DNA from: a bacterium
GTDB taxonomy: Bacteria; Krumholzibacteriota; Krumholzibacteriia; G020349025
Assembly: GCA_031362565.1 (NCBI GenBank)
Contig: JANLSU010000047.1
Coordinates: forward strand, 1 to 64,000
Reading direction: 5' to 3'
Length of the DNA stretch: 64,000 nucleotides
Part shown: positions 57,335-64,000 of the stretch, piece after piece
Layout of the letters: each line of letters opens with the position of its first letter
How positions within the stretch are numbered: the stretch's first letter is position 1
Translations under genes and position numbers: made by a program
The notes under the pieces: model-generated
What the model was told of the DNA's origin: nothing
Seen by the model: the letters and a program-made list of their open reading frames with translations, nothing else
Database searches by the model: none

Positions 57335-58126
57335 TTGGGACTGCTGTTCGCGATCCTGATCGGGGCGATCACGGCCGCGAGTGTCGTGCTGATGCACCGC
57401 GCCGGTGCCGAGATGCCGCCGCTTCTCTCCGACGCCGCACAGGCCGTCGATGCGCAACTTTTCCTGACGCTCGTGACGATCGGCGTCGCATTCGTGCTCG
57501 CGCAGGGCTTGCTCGCGTGGTTCGCGTGGCGCTACCGCGGCCGTGCCGGACGCACCGCGCGCTACGTCCACGGCCACAACCGTCTCGAGGTGGGCAGTTC
57601 GGTCGTGATCGGCGTCGTGTTCGTGACGCTCGCCATCATGGGCTCGCGCGTCTGGGCGCAACTGCATCTCGCGCAGCCGGCACCCGACACGCTCGTCATC
57701 GAAGTCATCGGCGAACAGTTTGCATGGAACGTCCACTACGCGGGCCCCGACGGCGTCTTTGGCCGCAGCGATCCCACGCTGTACGACCCGCAGTCCAACC
57801 CGCTCGGCCTGGTGCCGGACGATGCCGCCGGGCGGGACGACATCGTGACGCTGAACACGGTGGCCGTGCCGGTCGGCCGCCCGGTCGAATTGCGCCTCGG
57901 GTCGAAGGACGTGCTGCACAGTTTCTTCGTGCCGGCGCTCCGCATCAAACAGGACACCGTGCCGGGGTTGCGCATTCCGCTGCGTTTTCTGGCCAAGTAC
58001 ACCGGCAGCTTCGAAGTGCCGTGCGCGCAGTTGTGCGGCCTCGGGCACTATCGAATGAAGGGGACCTTGCGCGTTCTCGAGGCCGATGAGTTCGCCGCCT
58101 GGCTCGTCCAGCAGAAAGCAGAGTAG
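57335..58126 (+). CDS. coxB: Cytochrome c oxidase subunit II
   Basis: TTG after GAGGAGG. Two to three TM helices, QFAW, DVLHSF, CuA motif CAQLCGLGHYRM. Confidence 0.92.
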   Translation: MGLLFAILIGAITAASVVLMHRAGAEMPPLLSDAAQAVDAQLFLTLVTIGVAFVLAQGLLAWFAWRYRGRAGRTARYVHGHNRLEVGSSVVIGVVFVTLAIMGSRVWAQLHLAQPAPDTLVIEVIGEQFAWNVHYAGPDGVFGRSDPTLYDPQSNPLGLVPDDAAGRDDIVTLNTVAVPVGRPVELRLGSKDVLHSFFVPALRIKQDTVPGLRIPLRFLAKYTGSFEVPCAQLCGLGHYRMKGTLRVLEADEFAAWLVQQKAE

Positions 58127-58130
58127 CCGG

Positions 58131-59903
58131 ATGTCCGTACCGCACCCGCATTCCACGTCCCGGCCCCAGGGCTTCCTCGGGCGGTATGTGTTCAGCACCG
58201 ACCACAAGGTGATCGGCGTGCAGTACTGGCTCTTGGCATTGGTGGCCGTGGTGGTCGCAATGCTCTTGTCGGTTCTGATGCGCTTGCAGCTCGCGTTTCC
58301 AACCCACACCTGGCCGCTCCTCGCCAAGATCTTCCCGACCGGCATGAGCAGTGGCGTCATGGCGCCCGAGTTCTACCTCTCGCTCGTCACCATGCATGGC
58401 ACGATGATGGTGTTCTTCGTGTTGACGACAGCTCCCATGGGCGGCTTCGGGAATTTCATGTTGCCGTTGCAAATTGGCGCCCGCGACATGGCGTTTCCGC
58501 GCCTCAACATGCTGTCGTTCTGGGTGACCTGCACGGCGTTCGTGGTGCTCATGCTGGCCTTTTTCGTGCAGGGCGGCGCCCCGCTCGGCGGCTGGACAGC
58601 GTATCCGCCGCTTTCGGCGCTCGGCTCGATCGCTGGGCCCGGTGAGGGCGCCGGAATGACGCTTTGGATCATCAGCATCGCGCTCTTCTGTGCTGGTTCG
58701 GTCTTGAGTGCACTCAATTTCCTGGCGACAACGCTCGGTATGCGTTGCAAAGGCATGTCGATGGGCCGCCTGCCGCTCACCGCCTGGGCCTGGTTCACGA
58801 CCGCCGTTATCGCCTTGCTGGCCTTCCCGGTGCTGCTGGCAGGCGGCATCTTGCTGCTCCTCGACCGCAACGCCGGCACCAGCTTCTTCGTCCCCGGCGG
58901 CCTCGTAGTCGCCGGCAAGCTCATCGATCATCGCGGCGGTTCGCCGCTTCTCTGGCAACATCTGTTCTGGTATTTCGGCCATCCCGAGGTCTACATCGCC
59001 ATCCTGCCGGGCATGGGAGCCACATCGCAGATCTTGTCGGTGTTCTCTCGCAAGCCGCTCTTCGGCTACCGGGCCATGGTCGGCGCGCTCGTCGCGATCG
59101 GGCTCTTGGGATTCTTCGTCTGGGGCCATCACATGTTCGTGAGCGGCATGAGCCCCTATAGCGCCATTGCCTTCAGCATCTTAACACTCATCATCGGCGT
59201 GCCCTCGGCGCTCAAGACCGTCAACTGGCTGGGCACGATTTGGGGTGGTAACCTGCGCTTCACGACCGCCATGCTCTTTGCGCTCGGGTTCGTGTCGCTG
59301 TTCGTGAGCGGTGGCCTGACCGGCATCGCGCTCGGCCAGACCTCGCTCGATCTCTATTTGCACGACACGTTCTTTGTCGTCGGCCATTTCCATATCATTA
59401 TGGGAGTAGCGGCGGTGTTCGCGATGTTCGCGGCGACGTACTACTGGTTCCCGAAGATGTTTGGACGGCTCTTGCACGAAGGGCTCGGTAAAATTCATTT
59501 CGTGCTGACCCTGGTCGGCGTCTACGCCATCTTTGTCCCGATGCATATCCAAGGACTGATGGGGCATCCGCGCCGCTATTACGACGCGTCGAACTACACG
59601 TATCTGACGGCCGCCCAACCGTGGCATGTGGTGATCACCTGGGCGGCCGTGTTCACGGTTGCGGCCCAGGCCCTCTTCTTTGTCAATCTTGTTTGGAGCC
59701 TGCGGCGTGGGCCGCGCGCCACCGCCAATCCGTGGGAGGCGACGACTCTCGAGTGGACGACCGCATCCCCGCCGCCACACGACAATTTCACGGCCGATCC
59801 GGTCGTGTACCATGACCCCTACGAGTATTCGCGCCCGGGTGCGCCGCGGGACTACATCATGCAGAACGATCCGCCCGGCGCGTTCGCGGAAGGAAGCTCA
59901 TGA
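58131..59903 (+). CDS. coxA: Cytochrome c oxidase subunit I (A1 type)
   Basis: DHK.IG, TMHG, DMAFPRLN, GWTAYPPL, GHPEVY, WGHHM, HDT...HFH, PRRY. Confidence 0.96.
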   Translation: MSVPHPHSTSRPQGFLGRYVFSTDHKVIGVQYWLLALVAVVVAMLLSVLMRLQLAFPTHTWPLLAKIFPTGMSSGVMAPEFYLSLVTMHGTMMVFFVLTTAPMGGFGNFMLPLQIGARDMAFPRLNMLSFWVTCTAFVVLMLAFFVQGGAPLGGWTAYPPLSALGSIAGPGEGAGMTLWIISIALFCAGSVLSALNFLATTLGMRCKGMSMGRLPLTAWAWFTTAVIALLAFPVLLAGGILLLLDRNAGTSFFVPGGLVVAGKLIDHRGGSPLLWQHLFWYFGHPEVYIAILPGMGATSQILSVFSRKPLFGYRAMVGALVAIGLLGFFVWGHHMFVSGMSPYSAIAFSILTLIIGVPSALKTVNWLGTIWGGNLRFTTAMLFALGFVSLFVSGGLTGIALGQTSLDLYLHDTFFVVGHFHIIMGVAAVFAMFAATYYWFPKMFGRLLHEGLGKIHFVLTLVGVYAIFVPMHIQGLMGHPRRYYDASNYTYLTAAQPWHVVITWAAVFTVAAQALFFVNLVWSLRRGPRATANPWEATTLEWTTASPPPHDNFTADPVVYHDPYEYSRPGAPRDYIMQNDPPGAFAEGSS

Positions 59904-60568
59904 GTACCGGCACGCTCGATCCGACGCTTCCCGACATCACAACCGGTGGGCCGCCACCGGCGCGGCCGCCGGGACGCGGCAACGGCGGCGACGGTGGCGG
60001 CAGCGGCGACAATGACGGCGCGCGCCAACCCGATACGTCACCGCTCGCCATCTTCGGCATGTGGATCGCGCTAATCCCGATCCTAATGCTCTTTCTGGCC
60101 TTCGTAAGCGCCTACGTGTTGCGCCACGGGACCGGCACCGACTGGGTACAGGGTTCGGTGCCGCGCATCGTTTGGGTCAGTACCGTGCTTCTCCTGGCGA
60201 GCAGCGGTTTGCTCGAACGGGCGCGCCGGCTCGCCAAGCAGAACGGCGCATTTCGCCCGTGGGTCATCGGCACCCTGACCTTGGGCGTGGCGTTCGTCAT
60301 TGGGCAGGTCTTCGCGTGGCTTTCTCTGACGGCGCAAGGCGTGTACTTGAGCACGTCGCCGTATGCATCGTTCTTCTTCCTGCTGACGATCTCGCACGCC
60401 GTCCACGTGGCCGGCGGGCTCGCGGGGCTTGTCGCGGCGGCGCTCTGGCCCGAGCGCGGTTGGCGCGGCACGCCGCCTGCCACGTCGGTCCGCGTCATTG
60501 CGATCTACTGGCACTTCTTGGGGATTCTGTGGCTTTTGCTCTTCGGACTCCTCGAAATCTGGAGATGA
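59900..60568 (+). CDS. Cytochrome c oxidase subunit III-like protein (first copy)
   Basis: LF..F.SAY, LLLASS, FF.LT..HAVHV, YWHFL. ATGA overlap. Confidence 0.88.
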   Translation: MSTGTLDPTLPDITTGGPPPARPPGRGNGGDGGGSGDNDGARQPDTSPLAIFGMWIALIPILMLFLAFVSAYVLRHGTGTDWVQGSVPRIVWVSTVLLLASSGLLERARRLAKQNGAFRPWVIGTLTLGVAFVIGQVFAWLSLTAQGVYLSTSPYASFFFLLTISHAVHVAGGLAGLVAAALWPERGWRGTPPATSVRVIAIYWHFLGILWLLLFGLLEIWR

Positions 60569-61218
60569 CGGTGCAGAAGAGCCCGGCTGCTGAACGTTCG
60601 CCGTCTCTTTGGTCGGGCGGCACGCACCCGTTCGCGGTGTCGCATGCCAAGTTCGGCATGTGGCTCTTTCTGGTCTCGGATTCGCTGACCTTTGCGGCGG
60701 CGCTCTTTGGCTATGCGTATCTGCGGAACGCGAGTCCCAACTGGCCGGCACCGTTCCGCATGACCCCGTCGATCCTCGTCGCCACCGTGATGACGTTCTG
60801 CCTGCTGTCGAGCAGCTATACGATGGTTTTGGCGGTGCGCGCCGCACGCGCCGGTGACGCGACCCGCGCGGTGCGCGCCCTCATGGCAACGATGGCCGGC
60901 GGCGTGGCATTCCTGCTGCTGCATTTGAACGAGTGGCGCATGCTGTGGCACGAGGGCATGACGCTGCGCCACAATCCGTGGGGCGATCCGATGTTCGGCG
61001 GCACGTTCTTCACGCTGACCGGCATGCACATGCTGCACGTGGTGATCGGCGTCGTGGTGCTGGGGTCGATGGCCAGGCGCCTGGCCCGCGGCCGTACGAC
61101 CGCCGAGGGTGTCGAGATCGCCGGGCTCTACTGGCATTTCGTCGACCTGGTGTGGATGTTCTTGTTTCCGCTCGTGTACTTGCTGTCGGTCGGCACCGGG
61201 GGAGGCGCGGCGCGATGA
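60565..61218 (+). CDS. coxC: Cytochrome c oxidase subunit III (second copy)
   Basis: KFGMWLFL.SD..TF, FFTLTGMH..HV, GLYWHFVDLVW. ATGA overlap. Confidence 0.92.
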   Translation: MTVQKSPAAERSPSLWSGGTHPFAVSHAKFGMWLFLVSDSLTFAAALFGYAYLRNASPNWPAPFRMTPSILVATVMTFCLLSSSYTMVLAVRAARAGDATRAVRALMATMAGGVAFLLLHLNEWRMLWHEGMTLRHNPWGDPMFGGTFFTLTGMHMLHVVIGVVVLGSMARRLARGRTTAEGVEIAGLYWHFVDLVWMFLFPLVYLLSVGTGGGAAR

Positions 61219-61526
61219 ATCCGATGCTGCGCGTCTGGCTCGTGCTCTTAGCCCTGACGCTCGCCGAAGTAGCGCTCGCCGCTGCCGGTGCACGCGGCGG
61301 GGTCATGCTGGCCATTTTGCTCGCGCTCTCGACCGTCAAGGCGTGGCTCATCGTTGCCTGGTTCATGCACCTGCGCTTCGAGCGCCGCCACCTGGCGCTC
61401 GCGTTGCTGCCGGTGCTCATCGTCTGTATCTTGCTCCTGAACTTCATCTTTCCCGATAGTGTGCGGCTCGGTCGCATGAGTTCGGTTGGACCCCCGGAGG
61501 CCAGTCATTCGCAGAGCACCAAATAG
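61215..61526 (+). CDS. Cytochrome c oxidase subunit IV family protein
   Basis: LT..EV, KA.LIV..FMHLRFE. ATGA overlap. Confidence 0.88.
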   Translation: MNPMLRVWLVLLALTLAEVALAAAGARGGVMLAILLALSTVKAWLIVAWFMHLRFERRHLALALLPVLIVCILLLNFIFPDSVRLGRMSSVGPPEASHSQSTK

Positions 61527-61749
61527 GCAGCGCCTCGCCTGGGCGGCGGTGGCGGTCGCGCTCGTTTGCGACGGTCGCGCTACGGCATGGGCCCAGTGCG
61601 CGCTCTGCGGCCAAGGAACGTCGTACGCGGGTCGCGATGGATCGGGCGCCGCAGGTACATTCTTGGCCGCGACACTCGTCCTTCTCGTTCCGACCCTCGT
61701 CATCGTCGGTCTCATTGGACGTACGGTGTGGCAACAACGGCATCGCTGA
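61486..61749 (+). CDS. Small membrane protein with CxxC after a signal-like segment (true start probably further downstream)
   Basis: AWAQCALC followed by a TM helix. Located at the end of the cox operon. Confidence 0.55.
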   Translation: MDPRRPVIRRAPNRQRLAWAAVAVALVCDGRATAWAQCALCGQGTSYAGRDGSGAAGTFLAATLVLLVPTLVIVGLIGRTVWQQRHR

Positions 61750-62408
61750 TCAGGCGGTATCGAACGCGCGCTGCGGGCGTTCTCGCTTGCGGCCTCTTGG
61801 CGGGCTGTGGAGACGGCCCCGCCGGTCCCCGGGGGTTCGAAATCGCGGGTACGGTCGAGCTCGCAGGCATCACGACCGACAATATCGGCCAACTGAACGG
61901 AGAACGCACCCTCACGGATGCGACGGGCGTCCTGATCGATCTCGTGCAGGGCGACAGCGTGGTGGCGTCGGTTGAGTCCGAGAGCGGGGCATTTCGATTC
62001 GCGGGCTTGAGTTCGGGCTCCTACTTGGTTCGCACGCCGATTAACGACTTCACGTGGGTCGACCTTCCGGTCGTCGTGCAAGGCGCTTCAGTCCAACTTG
62101 CGGCGCCCTTGCGGCTCGAATCGTCGCCGGATCTACTCACTTATCCGAATGGATTCACGAGCGGGCAAGGTCTCAATATCTATTGCACGCCGGCGACCGC
62201 CGGGCCGGTGAACATCGAGGCGTGGACGCTCGGCAACCGCCGCGTTTGGCACCTGAGCTTCCCGGCGAGCTGGCCGCCGAACTCTCCCTTCCAAGTTCAC
62301 TGGCTCCCGATCAGCGACTACCATTTGCCGCTCTTCCCCGGCGCGTACTGGATTCGCGCCCGCTTCGACGGCCGCGAGATCGCCAATCTGGTGTTCTTGG
62401 AAATGTAG
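61728..62408 (+). CDS. Hypothetical lipoprotein with carboxypeptidase-regulatory-like and FlgD-like domains
   Basis: Lipobox LLAG-C. GAFRFAGLSSGSY; TYPN...WTLGNRRV...PGAYWIR. Start uncertain. Confidence 0.6.
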   Translation: MATTASLIRRYRTRAAGVLACGLLAGCGDGPAGPRGFEIAGTVELAGITTDNIGQLNGERTLTDATGVLIDLVQGDSVVASVESESGAFRFAGLSSGSYLVRTPINDFTWVDLPVVVQGASVQLAAPLRLESSPDLLTYPNGFTSGQGLNIYCTPATAGPVNIEAWTLGNRRVWHLSFPASWPPNSPFQVHWLPISDYHLPLFPGAYWIRARFDGREIANLVFLEM

Positions 62409-62428
62409 CGGACTTCGAACGGCCGCGT

Positions 62429-63778
62429 TCAATGCGACAGGTATCGCAACCACAGATAGACGTGGCAGATGGCGATGTGCATGAGCATGAGCGGGAACGC
62501 GTACTTGACGTAGGTCATGAAGCGGAAGGGGACGCCGTTCCGGTCGCCGATCCCCGCCACCGTCAGGTTCGCCGAGGCACCGATGAGCGTGCCGTTGCCG
62601 CCCAAGCAGGCACCCAGCGACAGCGCCCACCAGAGTGGCAACACGACCTCGGCGCCGCCGAGCGTCGGCGTCATGGCCTTGATGAGCGGGATCATCGTCG
62701 CCACAAACGGGATGTTGTCGACGATCGCCGACAGCACCGCCGAACTCCAAAGCACGGCGTAGACGGTCGTATTGCGGTCGCCGCCCGTCAATTGCACCAA
62801 ATGCCCGGCCGCCAATCGCAAGACTCCGGCAACATCGACGCCATGCACGATCACGAACAGCCCCACGAAAAAGAAGATCGTAATCCACTCGACCTCGTTG
62901 AAGGTGTGCATGACGCGGCGCGACTGTTCCTCGGCGCGGTGCCGGTAGTTGTCGAGCAGCATGAGGATGCTGGCACCAATCAACGCGATCGTCCCGGGTT
63001 CCAAGTGGATCCGGCGCGCGAAGATGAACAGCACCATGACGATTGCAAGCACGCTCACCGACTGAATCATGAGCGTGCGGTCCATGATCGCCTCGCGGAC
63101 CGAGAGATCCATGACGCGGGCTCGCGCGACCGGGGTCGCGTGCATCTTGCGGCCCCAGAGCACATGCGTCGCCAGCGCCTGAAAGGCCAGGATCACCAGG
63201 ATGATGGGCGCCAGGTTGACGACGAACTGATTGAAGCTCAGTCCAACGAGCGACCCGATCAGAATGTTGGGCGGGTCGCCGATGAGGGTCGCCGTGCCGC
63301 CGATGTTGGAGGCGAAGATCGTCGAAAAGAGAAACGGATAGGGCGGCACCTCCAACTCGCGGGTGATCGCCAGCGTGACCGGCGCCATGAGCAGCACGGT
63401 CGTGACGTTATCGAGCAGTGCCGAGAGCACCGCCGTCGTGACCGAGAGGATGACGAGCAGCGCCCATGGTGAAGCCTTCGCTCGCTGCGCCGCCCAGATC
63501 GCCACCGCCTGAAACAGCCCCGAGCGCCGCGAGATCCCCACCAGCACCATCATGCCCGTCAAGAGCGCGATGGTGTTGAAGTCGATGCCGCGGATCGCCT
63601 CTTCCTGGTTGAGGATGCCGAGCGCGATCATCGTGAGCGCGCCCAGGAGCGCCACGATGGCGCGGTTCAAGCGCTCGGCGATGATGAGCGCGTAGGCTGC
63701 GAGCAGAACAAGCGACGAAACCCAGAGCGGATTCCATCCGAACGGCGCGTGCGGCATCCAGGTGGCGGCAGCTTCCAT
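62429..63778 (-). CDS. ArsB/NhaD-family (IT superfamily) ion transporter
   Basis: IDFNTI.LL.GMM, SALLDNVTT, SNIGGTATLIGDPPN, SAIVDNIPF, GGNGTLIGASAN. Confidence 0.93.
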   Translation of the reverse strand: MEAAATWMPHAPFGWNPLWVSSLVLLAAYALIIAERLNRAIVALLGALTMIALGILNQEEAIRGIDFNTIALLTGMMVLVGISRRSGLFQAVAIWAAQRAKASPWALLVILSVTTAVLSALLDNVTTVLLMAPVTLAITRELEVPPYPFLFSTIFASNIGGTATLIGDPPNILIGSLVGLSFNQFVVNLAPIILVILAFQALATHVLWGRKMHATPVARARVMDLSVREAIMDRTLMIQSVSVLAIVMVLFIFARRIHLEPGTIALIGASILMLLDNYRHRAEEQSRRVMHTFNEVEWITIFFFVGLFVIVHGVDVAGVLRLAAGHLVQLTGGDRNTTVYAVLWSSAVLSAIVDNIPFVATMIPLIKAMTPTLGGAEVVLPLWWALSLGACLGGNGTLIGASANLTVAGIGDRNGVPFRFMTYVKYAFPLMLMHIAICHVYLWLRYLSH

Positions 63779-63908
63779 GGGCGGCGATGCTAGCAGAGGA
63801 TCGTCATACGAGACAGGCGTTTATCGGCGCTTTCCCGACGCGGTCCGGAGGTCCATACTCTCTTGCAGTCTCGCCCCTGAGGTGCGAAGGCACCACGAAG
63901 GAGGAGCC

Positions 63909-64000
63909 ATGAGGCTCGCACGCATCCTCCCGGCAATCGCGCTCGTGGCGATTTGCGCCTGCCGGCCGGAAACGCCGGCGCAAGTGACCCCATCACTCGA
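63909..64000 (+). CDS. Lipoprotein N-terminus (partial, runs off the window)
   Basis: AGGAGGAG RBS. Hand translation MRLARILPAIALVAICACRPETPAQVTPSL with lipobox ICA-C. Confidence 0.65.
   Translation, partial: MRLARILPAIALVAICACRPETPAQVTPSL

Noticed and set aside
56870..57372. Overlapping extended N-termini of thiI and coxB
   Set aside because: Better starts exist (thiI ATG 57195; coxB TTG 57335 after GAGGAGG), leaving an ordinary divergent gap.

Overview
High-GC bacterial chromosomal segment. Several large secreted proteins end in an FlgD-Ig/T9SS-type C-terminal domain and two end in a short 'W-S-x-V-K-S-L-Y-R' tail, which suggests an FCB-group lineage such as Krumholzibacteriota/Latescibacterota/Eisenbacteria (inference only). 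From left to right the window holds: (1) the left end of an IS1182-family element inserted at a CTAG site into the first of three tandem paralogous glycine-rich, tailspike-like beta-helix genes (1-6175); (2) mixed genes: membrane protein, AraC regulator, SAM methyltransferase, lipoproteins, serine hydrolase and a class D sortase; (3) a secreted copper-radical (galactose-oxidase-like) multidomain enzyme, a secreted putative glycoside hydrolase and small stress-type genes; (4) a Wzx/Wzy-type exopolysaccharide locus (23477-39337); (5) an M48 peptidase, a Cys-rich secreted protein, a doubly frameshifted BNR-repeat lipoprotein and a ~3530-aa S8 protease; (6) DUF2330, an AAA_14/DUF4143 ATPase with a tandem palindromic operator, thiI, an A1-type cytochrome c oxidase operon and an ArsB/NhaD transporter. 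The best candidate for an undescribed system is the EPS operon. It opens with comA-comB (phosphosulfolactate synthase and phosphatase) coupled to an ATP-grasp ligase, and also carries a polysaccharide deacetylase, a Wzx-Wzy fusion, a degenerate GGDEF protein and a lyase. My hypothesis is that it makes a sulfolactyl-decorated (sulfonated) exopolysaccharide. I recognised no rRNA, tRNA or CRISPR array. Starts were chosen by RBS and gene overlap, and all family calls come from motif recognition, not database searches.
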